Shown here one piece after another: positions 9,083-17,262 of a stretch of 64,000 nt of DNA. Position 1 is the first letter of the stretch; every line of letters begins with the position of its first letter. The notes under the pieces are model-generated. The model had not been told where the DNA came from. It did not search any database and saw only the letters and a list, made by a program, of their open reading frames with translations. This DNA comes from an uncultured Gammaproteobacteria bacterium (GTDB lineage Bacteria > Pseudomonadota > Gammaproteobacteria > Pseudomonadales > Pseudohongiellaceae). A program made the position numbers and the translations under genes. The stretch is taken from NCBI GenBank assembly GCA_963975155.1, contig CAXBFG010000002.1, positions 264,181-328,180 of the forward strand. Direction: 5' to 3'.

Positions 9083-11464
9083 ATGCCAAGACCTAAAAAC
9101 ACCAAAGACCCCCACGCCAAGCGCGAAGCGACGCGTTACGATAACCCTATTCCCAGTCGTGAATTTATTCTGGAGCATCTGGAAGAGCGCGGCGAACCTG
9201 TAGCCCATCTGGAACTTTGTACCGAATTACTCTTATTCGATGCCGAATCACAAGAGGCACTACGACGCCGTCTTATCGCCATGGCGCGTGATGGCCAGCT
9301 GATCGAAAACCGTGGTGGAGCCTATGGGCTGGTGCGCAAGATGGATCTGCTCAAGGGCGTAATCCAGGGCAATAAGGAAGGCTTTGGTTTTGTCATACCC
9401 GATGACGGAACAGACGACCTGTTCCTGTCACCACATCAGATGAACAAGGTCTTCGATGGCGATACAGTACTGGCACGGATATCGGGCAGGGATAAGCGTG
9501 GTCGCCTGGAAGGCAAGATTGTTGAAGTGCTGGAACGCAAGCGCAATCAGTTTGTCGGCCGTTTTTATCTCGAATCCGGCGTGGGTGTGGTGATTCCGCA
9601 AAACCGCCGCATTTCACAGGAAATACTGATTCCCCCTAAAAAGCACAAGAATGCCAAAGATGGTGATTTTGTCGTGGTGGATATTCTTAAATTTGCGCAA
9701 AACCATGTTAAAAGTACCGGCGTTGTCACTGAAGTGCTGGGCGATGTTGCCAAACCCGGCATGGAGATAGAAGTTGCCATTCGGGCACATGAGATTCCAC
9801 GCATCTGGCCCAAGGCCATTATCAGTGAGCTCAATAAAATTGCCAAACAGTCTGCTCCCTCAAAGGAAGCCGGGCAGCGTATCGATCTGCGTCATCTGCC
9901 CTTTGTCACCATCGATGGTGAAGATGCCAAGGATTATGATGATGCCGTGTATTGCCAACGCCAGCGTGGCAAGGGCTGGACCCTGTATGTCGCCATCGCT
10001 GATGTTTCACACTATGTCAAAGTCGATAGCGTGCTGGATCACGAAGCTCAGCAACGTGGTAACTCCGTGTATTTCCCTGGCCATGTGATTCCAATGTTGC
10101 CGGAAGATTTATCCAACGGGTTGTGCTCGTTGAAACCCAGGGAAGATCGCCTGGTGATGGTTTGCATCATGGACATCGACCGGGATGGCAATATCACATC
10201 CTATAAATTCTGTGAAAGCATTATCCATTCCCATGCCCGACTGACCTACACAGAAGTCGCTGCCATGCTGGAACCTGCCAAATCAGATACCGACAAACGC
10301 TTGCAACAGCGCATTCAGGAAAAAAATCAGGTGCTGCTTCCTGATCTCAAAAATCTTTATGCCTTATACAAGGTCCTGCATCATTCCCGCAAACAGCGTG
10401 GCGCACTGGATTTTGAAAGCACAGAAACCCGCATTATTTTTTCTGAAAAGAAAAAGATTAAGGAAATTATTCCGGTAGAACGTAACGATGCTCACCGGCT
10501 TATTGAGGAGTGTATGTTGTGCGCCAATGTGTGCAGCGCAGAATTTTTATTGCATGCAAAATTACCGGCCTTGTATCGTGTCCATGAAGGTCCAAACGAA
10601 GAAAAAGTCACTAAACTGTATGACTTTATGCGGGGCATTGGCATAGGTCTGGCACGCAAAAAGAAACCCACGCCCATTGATTACCAGGCCATTCTGGAAC
10701 GACTGAAAAACAGAGCTGATCGTCACCTGCTGCAAATCATGGTTATCCGCTCTCTGATGCAGGCGGTCTATCAGCCGCAGAATGCCGGTCACTTTGGCCT
10801 GGGCTTTGAAGCCTATACGCATTTTACTTCACCGATACGACGCTACCCCGACCTCCTGGTCCACCGGGCAATTCGCTACCTGATTCGTAGCGGTAAACAT
10901 AAAGAGCATACCTTGCAGGCTCCTGGTGCTAAGCCAATTGCCAGGCAGGAAATATATCCCTATAAACTGGCTGATCTGGAGAACCTGGGTCAGGAATTAT
11001 CCATGACGGAGCGTCGCGCCGATGCAGCGACCTACGATGTCATCGACTGGCTCAAGTGTGAATATATCAAGGAGCATATTGGTGAAGAGTTTTCAGGCAC
11101 CGTTGCCTCGGTCACCAGCTTTGGGCTCTTTGTGCAGCTGGATGATGTGTACGTGGAAGGTCTGGTGCATGTAACGGCCCTGCAGAATGATTATTATCAC
11201 TACGATGCCACGGCTCATACCCTGACCGGAGAGCGCACCAGTTATCAGTACCAGATGGGTGATAAAGTGCGGGTAATCGTTGCGCGAGTTGATCTGGATG
11301 ACAAGAAAATAGACTTACAGATCATTACCGATACCAAGACCCAGCGCAAAGGCACGAAAGGTAAAAACATTCCACAACGGCAGCGTTCCACAAAACTGCG
11401 CGATCTGGCGCGTAAAAAGTTATCCAGGTCATCCCGAAAACGCAGCAAACCACGGAAGAAATAA
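9083..11464 (+). CDS. rnr: Ribonuclease R
   Basis: 793 aa with an RNB catalytic core (TIDGEDAKDYDDAV, HFGL...YTHFTSPIRRYPDL). It also has a C-terminal S1 domain and a basic Lys/Arg tail. Confidence 0.95.
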   Translation: MPRPKNTKDPHAKREATRYDNPIPSREFILEHLEERGEPVAHLELCTELLLFDAESQEALRRRLIAMARDGQLIENRGGAYGLVRKMDLLKGVIQGNKEGFGFVIPDDGTDDLFLSPHQMNKVFDGDTVLARISGRDKRGRLEGKIVEVLERKRNQFVGRFYLESGVGVVIPQNRRISQEILIPPKKHKNAKDGDFVVVDILKFAQNHVKSTGVVTEVLGDVAKPGMEIEVAIRAHEIPRIWPKAIISELNKIAKQSAPSKEAGQRIDLRHLPFVTIDGEDAKDYDDAVYCQRQRGKGWTLYVAIADVSHYVKVDSVLDHEAQQRGNSVYFPGHVIPMLPEDLSNGLCSLKPREDRLVMVCIMDIDRDGNITSYKFCESIIHSHARLTYTEVAAMLEPAKSDTDKRLQQRIQEKNQVLLPDLKNLYALYKVLHHSRKQRGALDFESTETRIIFSEKKKIKEIIPVERNDAHRLIEECMLCANVCSAEFLLHAKLPALYRVHEGPNEEKVTKLYDFMRGIGIGLARKKKPTPIDYQAILERLKNRADRHLLQIMVIRSLMQAVYQPQNAGHFGLGFEAYTHFTSPIRRYPDLLVHRAIRYLIRSGKHKEHTLQAPGAKPIARQEIYPYKLADLENLGQELSMTERRADAATYDVIDWLKCEYIKEHIGEEFSGTVASVTSFGLFVQLDDVYVEGLVHVTALQNDYYHYDATAHTLTGERTSYQYQMGDKVRVIVARVDLDDKKIDLQIITDTKTQRKGTKGKNIPQRQRSTKLRDLARKKLSRSSRKRSKPRKK

Positions 11465-11503
11465 AGCTAATTCCTGGACAGCACAAAAAGATTACAGAAC
11501 ATT

Positions 11504-12247
11504 ATGAGCAAAACTGAATGGGTCTTTGGCATACATGCCATCAATGCACTCCTGAAACATCGTCCGGAAGTCGTACTGCAGATTTTTATGCAAAGCGGTC
11601 GACTGGATCAACGTATTTCAGCCATCACTGATCAATGCAACAGTCTGGGCATTGCCATTGAAGTGCTGGATAAAAATGCACTGGACAAAAAAGCCAATGG
11701 CGTACACCAGGGCGTCATTGCCCTTTGTAAGGATATAAAACTTGAATATAACGAAGCCTATCTGGAGCAGCTTTTGGATAAGCTTGAGCGACCACCACTA
11801 TTATTGGTCCTGGATGCTGTCACCGACCCGCACAACCTGGGGGCCTGTTTACGTTCGGCAGAAGCAGCCGGCGTGGATGCCGTTCTTGTGGCCCGGGATA
11901 AATCTGTGCTGATGAATGCGACGGTCAGGAAAGTAGCCAGCGGAGCCGCAGAAATTATTCCCTTTATCGTTGTGACCAACCTGGTGCGCTGCCTGCAGAC
12001 TCTGCAGAAGCGGGGTATCTGGATTATGGGAGCTGCCGGCGAAGCCGATAAGTCTTTATACGACGCTGATCTGAAAGGCGCCATTGCCATCGTACTGGGC
12101 GCCGAAGGTACAGGACTGCGCCGCCTGACCCGGGAAACCTGCGATCAGTTACTGGCTATTCCCATGCAGGGTGAAACCAGTTCACTGAATGTATCGGTAT
12201 CGGCAGGGGTTTTCCTTTTTGAGGCGCTTCGCCAGCGTATTGGTTAA
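11504..12247 (+). CDS. rlmB: 23S rRNA (guanosine2251-2'-O)-methyltransferase RlmB
   Basis: 247 aa SpoU/TrmH methyltransferase (LDAVTDPHNLGACLRSAEAAG, GAEGTGLRRLTRETCD...IPM, SLNVSVSAG). It sits directly downstream of rnr, as in many gammaproteobacteria. Confidence 0.9.
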   Translation: MSKTEWVFGIHAINALLKHRPEVVLQIFMQSGRLDQRISAITDQCNSLGIAIEVLDKNALDKKANGVHQGVIALCKDIKLEYNEAYLEQLLDKLERPPLLLVLDAVTDPHNLGACLRSAEAAGVDAVLVARDKSVLMNATVRKVASGAAEIIPFIVVTNLVRCLQTLQKRGIWIMGAAGEADKSLYDADLKGAIAIVLGAEGTGLRRLTRETCDQLLAIPMQGETSSLNVSVSAGVFLFEALRQRIG

Positions 12248-12292
12248 TTATTTAACTTTATTTGCCGCTATTGCGCTTGAAATCTCTTCGTT

Positions 12293-12560
12293 AAAGCAGC
12301 TTGTTATCTTGCTCAATTACGGGCTTGTAAACTCCGCCGATAACAAGCTGCTTTGCCTCGATCTTTCTTCGCTCATAACGCGGCCTGAGTTGGAGTTCAG
12401 ACTTACTCTTAGCCTCGTGAGCCCATTGAATTGCTTTCTCCCTTGGCTTAAGTTCGGATTCAAGCGAGGACTGTCTGAGTCGCGAAGCGGCGAGTTCCGC
12501 AGCGCCGAACTTAAGTGAAGGGAAGAATGAAGGGTGAACCGAAGCAAGAGCTGGGCTTCA
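12293..12560 (+). repeat. Copy A of a structured intergenic element family (3' domain conserved, 5' domain reduced)
   Basis: The core CAAGCGAGGACTGTCTGAGTCGCGAAGCGGCGAGTTCCGCAGCGCCG (12461-12507) is shared with 15476-15524 and with 26914-26960 on the other strand. Nested stems include 12447-12457/12505-12515 (11 bp, perfect). Confidence 0.8.
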
Positions 12561-12714
12561 ATACCTATATTGTTCAAATAGATTTGCATCTGGCCCCCAA
12601 CCTCTCTACAATTCGCCCTCTTTTTAACTCCTTGTCTTACCGCAGAAGCTTAAAGATAGCTGAAGGCTCCACAATGAGCCCTGCTGGAAGACTGCCAATC
12701 CGTAAGGAGAAGTA

Positions 12715-13206
12715 ATGCGACACTATGAAATAGTATTTATGGTGCATCCCGACCAGTCCGATCAGGTTCCCGGGATGATCGAAAAATACAGCACTTTGAT
12801 CACCGAAAGCGGTGGTGCTATTCACCGTCTGGAAGACTGGGGTCGACGCCAGTTAGCCTATCCAATCAATAAAATTCACAAGGCACATTATGTGTTAATG
12901 AATGTTGAAACGGGCTCTGATGTTCTGGAAGAAATCACTACACTATTCCGTTATAACGACGCGGTCATTCGTAACCTTGTTATAAAACGCAAGGAAGCCG
13001 TCACTGAAATGTCTGATATCCAGAAAGCTGAGAATGAAAATCGTGAGCGTAAAGCCCGCGTTAGTCAGCGTATGCAGGAAGAAGCCGATTACAGTGCTCC
13101 AGACTCTGACGATGACGATGATGATGATGACGACACAGATACTGTTACAGCAGATGTTGATTCTCCGGCTGTAGAAAGTTCGGATGAAGAAGAACCTAAA
13201 AGTTAA
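12715..13206 (+). CDS. rpsF: 30S ribosomal protein S6 with a long acidic C-terminal tail
   Basis: [23 protein letters not shown]... is the canonical S6 N-terminus. The C-terminus carries a run of 9 Asp (13108-13134). Confidence 0.97.
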   Translation: MRHYEIVFMVHPDQSDQVPGMIEKYSTLITESGGAIHRLEDWGRRQLAYPINKIHKAHYVLMNVETGSDVLEEITTLFRYNDAVIRNLVIKRKEAVTEMSDIQKAENENRERKARVSQRMQEEADYSAPDSDDDDDDDDDTDTVTADVDSPAVESSDEEEPKS

Positions 13207-13229
13207 GCAAAGAGATTTGGAGAAAAACT

Positions 13230-13463
13230 ATGGCTCCCCGATTTTTTAGACGTCGACGCTTCTGCAAATTTACTGCTGAAGGCGTGACAGAAATAGATTA
13301 CAAAGATTTGGATACCCTGAAAGCTAATATCAGTGAAACAGGCAAAATTGTTCCCAGTCGTATTACTGGCACAAAAGCCCGTTATCAACGTCAGCTGGCG
13401 ACCGCAATCAAACGAGCTCGCTATCTGTCCTTGATACCTTATACGGATTCACACGAAGTTTAA
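13230..13463 (+). CDS. rpsR: 30S ribosomal protein S18
   Basis: 77 aa with [13 protein letters not shown]...[10 protein letters not shown]...ITGT.A..QR.LA.AIKRAR.L.L.PY. Confidence 0.97.
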   Translation: MAPRFFRRRRFCKFTAEGVTEIDYKDLDTLKANISETGKIVPSRITGTKARYQRQLATAIKRARYLSLIPYTDSHEV

Positions 13464-13481
13464 GAACCCAGGGAGGAAGGG

Positions 13482-14312
13482 ATGCGTGGCTTAGCGGGAT
13501 ATGCAATGCATGGCCGCCGTCAGGCCATCATTGTCGTGTTGCTGACCGGCATCTTTCCACTGGTTTATTGCCTTAGCGCGGCTGTCGTCGGATTAGTTAA
13601 TCTGCGCAAAAATGCTACAGAAGGTTTATTGATTCTGCTGTGGTCTCTGATTCCGGCAGGAATCTACTGGATTCTCGGTGATAGTCAGCCGCTGATCCTG
13701 ATGTTAAGTGTTGCTGTACTGGCCCAGGCCCTCAAATATCTGGAGTCCTGGTCCAAAGTGATCATGCTGGGAACTGTGTTAGGAATACTCGCACAGCTCA
13801 GTCTGGTCTGGCAGGGTGAGTATGTGGCTCAACTGACCTCGATGATGAATGAAGTCATCATTCTGCAGGAAAGTCAGGGAGTCGTGTATGACTACACTGC
13901 CGATGAACTGGTCGGTTTGCTGCTTGGTTTTTACGGCGCTTACCATTTTGCCATCGTCATTTCGTGCCTGGTTCTGGCACGCTGGTGGCAGGCGAGACTG
14001 TATAACCCCGGTGGGTTTAAGCATGAATTTCACCAGTTGCGGCTGGAACCCGGTTTTGCAATATTGCTGACGGGTTTTATTATTGCCGCGCTGGCAGGGG
14101 TGCCGCCCTTGAGTAGTTGGCTGGCAATCCTGTGTATACCTCCTTTATTGGGAGGGCTGGCCCTACTGCATTATATGGTGGCCTATAAAAAGCTCAGCCT
14201 GAGCTGGATTGTGATGGCATGGCTGGCGGCTCTGTTCATATCACCCCTGGTGATTTTATTGGGACTGCTGGACAGCGTAATGAATTTTAGAAAACGAATT
14301 ACCAGTAACTGA
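13482..14312 (+). CDS. Polytopic membrane protein of unknown function (rpsR-rplI intervening gene)
   Basis: 276 aa, about 7 TM helices, with a good SD (GGAGGAAGGG) upstream. The same position is occupied by a hypothetical membrane protein in Pseudomonas-type rpsF operons. Confidence 0.7.
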   Translation: MRGLAGYAMHGRRQAIIVVLLTGIFPLVYCLSAAVVGLVNLRKNATEGLLILLWSLIPAGIYWILGDSQPLILMLSVAVLAQALKYLESWSKVIMLGTVLGILAQLSLVWQGEYVAQLTSMMNEVIILQESQGVVYDYTADELVGLLLGFYGAYHFAIVISCLVLARWWQARLYNPGGFKHEFHQLRLEPGFAILLTGFIIAALAGVPPLSSWLAILCIPPLLGGLALLHYMVAYKKLSLSWIVMAWLAALFISPLVILLGLLDSVMNFRKRITSN

Positions 14313-14341
14313 TTCAGGCTCTGGTAATAGGCGAGGTTAAG

Positions 14342-14890
14342 ATGAACGTAATACTACTGGAAAAAGTCGGAAAAATTGGCGACGTCGGTGATCAGGTCAA
14401 CGTCAAGGCTGGTTATGCCCGCAATTATTTATTTCCTTTTGCCAAGGCAATTCCGGCGACCAAATCCAATGTTGCTGATTTTGAAACACGCAAAGAAGAA
14501 TTAATGAAAGCTGCCAATGAAAAAATGGCTATCGCACAGGCACGTGCCGACAAACTGTCTGGCCTGGCTATCACCATCGAAGCCAACGCCGGTGAGGAAG
14601 GCAAATTGTTCGGTTCAATCGGAACCCGCGATATTGCCGATGCCCTGATTGCTGCCGGACATGAAATCGAGAAAAGCGAAGTGTTGTTGCCAGAAGGCGC
14701 GCTGCGTAATACCGGAGAATTTGTGGTGAGTCTGTCATTGGGTTCTGAAGTAACTGCCGAAATCACCCTTCTGGTAACTGGCTCTTCTGCTCCGGCTGAA
14801 ACCATTGCCGCCATGGAAGAGATAGAAGGCAAGCAGGATCAGGATTTATCAGAAGCATCTGAAGAATCTGCAGTAAAAGACGAAGAATAA
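14342..14890 (+). CDS. rplI: 50S ribosomal protein L9 with an acidic C-terminal extension
   Basis: [32 protein letters not shown] is the canonical L9 N-terminus. It is 182 aa against the usual ~149, because of a Glu/Asp-rich tail. Confidence 0.95.
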   Translation: MNVILLEKVGKIGDVGDQVNVKAGYARNYLFPFAKAIPATKSNVADFETRKEELMKAANEKMAIAQARADKLSGLAITIEANAGEEGKLFGSIGTRDIADALIAAGHEIEKSEVLLPEGALRNTGEFVVSLSLGSEVTAEITLLVTGSSAPAETIAAMEEIEGKQDQDLSEASEESAVKDEE

Positions 14891-14904
14891 CTGAGTCTTT
14901 GCAG

Positions 14905-15206
14905 TACCAAAAAGGGAGCCAAAAGCTCCCTTTTTTTTTGTCTTTTGAATACCAGATAGTGAGATTTAATTATTTTTTTATGTGCTGAAAATACCAGACC
15001 GGGAGCCCTTAGCTCCCCTTTTTTTTTGTCTTTCGAATACCAGATAGTGAGATTTAATTGTTTTTTATGTGCTGAAAATACCAGACCGGGAGCCCTTAGC
15101 TCCCTTTTTTTTTGTCTTTCGAATACCAGATAGTGAGATTTAATTATTTTTTTATGTGCTGACAATACCAGACCGGGAGCCCTTAGCTCCTTTTTTTGTC
15201 TTGAAA
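14905..15206 (+). repeat. 87-bp tandem array (about 3.4 units), each unit ending in a terminator-like hairpin plus T-run
   Basis: Hairpins GGGAGCC(AAA/CTT)AGCTCC(C) start at 14914, 15001, 15088 and 15175, an exact 87-nt period. The inter-hairpin sequence is also repeated. Confidence 0.9.
14914..14939 (+). terminator. Rho-independent terminator of the rpsF-rplI operon (first of four repeated hairpins)
   Basis: GGGAGCCAAAAGCTCCC followed by 9 T, 24 nt after the rplI stop codon. Confidence 0.85.
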
Positions 15207-15634
15207 TTCTCAAAAACGGGTAGTGCATCCGTTTGAAATTTTACTGTTTATTCTCAGTCTTAATGATGAGCTATCCTTTTGACGACACGCCAAAAAGCGT
15301 ACATCCTTGTACAGGCTCGGCTGACGACATCCCTGTCGTCAGACGGTCGCCAACCTGATAGCTCATCATTAAGACTGTGCATTAAACATCCTTTAAAAGT
15401 CGACAATGCTAGGAAAGCCGCCCTTCCTGCCATGTGAACCCATTGAGATGTAGTTTTCCTGAGTGTTTTTCCGATCAAGCGCGAGGACTGTCTGAGTCGC
15501 AAAGCGACGAGTTCCGCAGCGCCGGAAAAACAGGAAGGAAAGATCGAAGGGTGAACATGGCAGAAGCGGCGGCTTCTACAACGTCAGCCTTTTCAAACTG
15601 ACGCACTACCCAAAAACGGGAACCACTAGTCGTA
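15207..15634 (+). repeat. Copy B (full length) of the structured intergenic element family; candidate ncRNA or non-autonomous mobile element
   Basis: Perfect 21-bp stem 15255-15275/15357-15377. Conserved core at 15476-15524. 21-nt inverted repeats at 15218-15238/15591-15611. Flanking 15-nt direct duplication at 15192-15206/15635-15649. Confidence 0.8.
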
Positions 15635-15699
15635 TTTTTTATCTTGAAAATACCTAAACAGTGAGCTTTCCACACTCGCTTATAAACTAAAACTAACTT

Positions 15700-16989
15700 T
15701 TACTTGCCGCCAAACAGGCTTTTCACGACTTCCGGATCCCGACCTTTTGTATAAATCAGGCTGGAATCAAAATTAGTCTTATCAAAGCCAAATACTTCAA
15801 ACAAGGCTTCGAAACTATTGGCGTCTGAGGCTGATAAATTCGGACTTGCCTGAATCTCTGCCAGCATTTCTTCACTGTCAATCAGCTGTGAGATATTGAT
15901 CAGGCTTTCATCCCGCATACCGGCAATCATGGTTATCTGATGGCCGTTTGGCGAAGGGAAGGTGGCCAGCATGCTGAAGTCCTGATAGGAATCGGCACCG
16001 GAAAGTCCTGAATTACTAACATAATAATCGCCAGTCTCCAGATTGATCAGTTCATCGTAGGTATTGCCAATCTGCAGGGCGGAATCCACGAACATCAGAC
16101 TGTATAAATTATTCAAACCGCTTAATAAACCCAGGTAAATAACATGGTTATTGGCCAAATCAGCAGTCGTGTAGTCAGAAACCATCTTGATATTTATCCG
16201 ATCGGCATTTACGCCATGCAGCAACACTTCCATCACCTGTGCCAGTGCATAAGCAGTGGAACTCGGGATGTAATTCAGGCCGATATCAAAATACTGAGCA
16301 GTCCCTTCGAGTCCCATGTCCTGCAGAAAGTCGAGTTCCTCGGCGGAATTCACATCGAATTCCCGCACCAGTTTGGCGACGTCTCCATTGGCATTTACCT
16401 CGCCGAAGATGTAATAGTCGCCAATCAGAATCAGTATGGGAGCTTCATCATCAAAGATCATATCCCAGGGACTGAAGGCCGCCAGCGGATATGCCCTTGC
16501 ATCCTCTGCTGCATTTTCTTCATTGTTTGAACCAAGCTGAATAAGCAAGTTGACCAGCAATAGTAAAATGGCAAGGCTAGCCAGCACTTGAGTCCTGGCC
16601 TGCCGTTTCAGGGTCTTGCCGGTCACACTTAGCGTAGGCTCGGCTGGCTGGGGAATATCTTCACTGAGTACGGCAGTCAGCAGATACTGCCCTTTGGGGA
16701 TGTCCAGGCGATATTTTTCCTGTTTCCCATACTTATCAAAGTAGGTTTTTAGTTTATTTCGCAGATGATAAATATGCACCCGCACGATGGAGTCCTTGCC
16801 AACATCAAATTCCGCATCACGGCCCAGCACATCAATCGCAATCGCCATTTCCTTGGGATTGTGTCCGCTCAGGGCGCATTCGGCCAGATAGTTCAGAATG
16901 TCACTATAAGTTTGTGAGCGACCCAGAACACCACTGTTGATAATGCGCTGAACCAGTGCCTGAAGTTCCTCGGGCTGAATATTATTCAT
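15700..16989 (-). CDS. Membrane-anchored winged-helix (ToxR/CadC-like) transcriptional regulator with periplasmic domain
   Basis: 429 aa. The N-terminal ~100 aa resemble an OmpR/CadC-type DNA-binding domain (...SIVRVHIYHLRNKLKTYF...YRLDIPKGQY). A single TM (VLASLAILLLLVNLLI) precedes a ~270-aa C-terminal domain. Confidence 0.6.
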   Translation of the reverse strand: MNNIQPEELQALVQRIINSGVLGRSQTYSDILNYLAECALSGHNPKEMAIAIDVLGRDAEFDVGKDSIVRVHIYHLRNKLKTYFDKYGKQEKYRLDIPKGQYLLTAVLSEDIPQPAEPTLSVTGKTLKRQARTQVLASLAILLLLVNLLIQLGSNNEENAAEDARAYPLAAFSPWDMIFDDEAPILILIGDYYIFGEVNANGDVAKLVREFDVNSAEELDFLQDMGLEGTAQYFDIGLNYIPSSTAYALAQVMEVLLHGVNADRINIKMVSDYTTADLANNHVIYLGLLSGLNNLYSLMFVDSALQIGNTYDELINLETGDYYVSNSGLSGADSYQDFSMLATFPSPNGHQITMIAGMRDESLINISQLIDSEEMLAEIQASPNLSASDANSFEALFEVFGFDKTNFDSSLIYTKGRDPEVVKSLFGGK

Positions 16990-17054
16990 TTGATTGCCGA
17001 TGCCATGAAAAGATGTGCATTGTGGCGCAATCTATAAAAATAACAAGTGCTTTT

Positions 17055-17262
17055 TTAACGTTAACGATTGTGGCAAGAAGAACCAGAGGTTTTCTGTTTA
17101 ACGCAAATTAACGAATTTATCTTATTAAATATCAGCATGTTACATAAATTCCAGAAAACGGAAATTGCTGGAACAGGAAGCTCGGTTTTGGCGTTAATCG
17201 AGTATCCTGCCTGTATTATCAAATACCTTATCAGGCGCTCTGAATTTATTTATTAACGTTAA
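17055..17262. promoter_or_regulatory. Cluster of TTAACG half-sites, including two perfect TTAACGTTAA palindromes
   Basis: TTAACGTTAA at 17055-17064 and 17253-17262. Half-sites at 17098-17103, 17108-17113 and 17192-17197. All lie in the 269-bp gap upstream of the ToxR-like regulator gene. Confidence 0.3.

Noticed and set aside
12498-12520. Resemblance of CGCAGCGCCGAACTTAAGTGAAG to the 5S rRNA segment CCGAACTCAGAAGTGAAACGCCGTAGCGCCG
   Set aside because: The order of the segments differs. The CCGAACTTAAG part is the variable stem arm, which has a different sequence in copies B and C. The resemblance is chance.
12189-12715. ORFs 12189..12518 (+), 12317..12589 (-) and 12515..12715 (+), plus the analogous 15260..15502 and 15475..15675 (-), lying in the repeat elements
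   Set aside because: Differences between element copies are compensatory stem changes and indels that break any common reading frame. The putative ATG at 12528 is TTG or ATC in the other copies.
12715-13463. Absence of priB between rpsF and rpsR as an anomaly
   Set aside because: The rpsF-rpsR-(membrane protein)-rplI arrangement without priB is, to my knowledge, normal for Pseudomonas-like gammaproteobacteria. I mention it only as context for the DnaT-like protein.
14905-15206. Possible CRISPR array (regularly spaced palindromic repeats)
   Set aside because: The whole 87-bp unit is repeated, including the would-be spacers. Each hairpin is followed by a T-run, which is terminator-like. There are no cas genes and no unique spacers.
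14839-15228. 129-aa ORF on the - strand with an internally repeated peptide (ELRAPGLVFSAHKK...)
   Set aside because: It is the translation of the 87-bp tandem terminator array. The repeat periodicity, hairpins and T-runs explain it, and it has no start context or coding signature.
15260-15272. Hammerhead-like TGATGAG in the domain 1 stem of element copy B
   Set aside because: It lacks the preceding C and the GAAA/stem III context. The segment is a variable stem arm with a completely different sequence in copy C.
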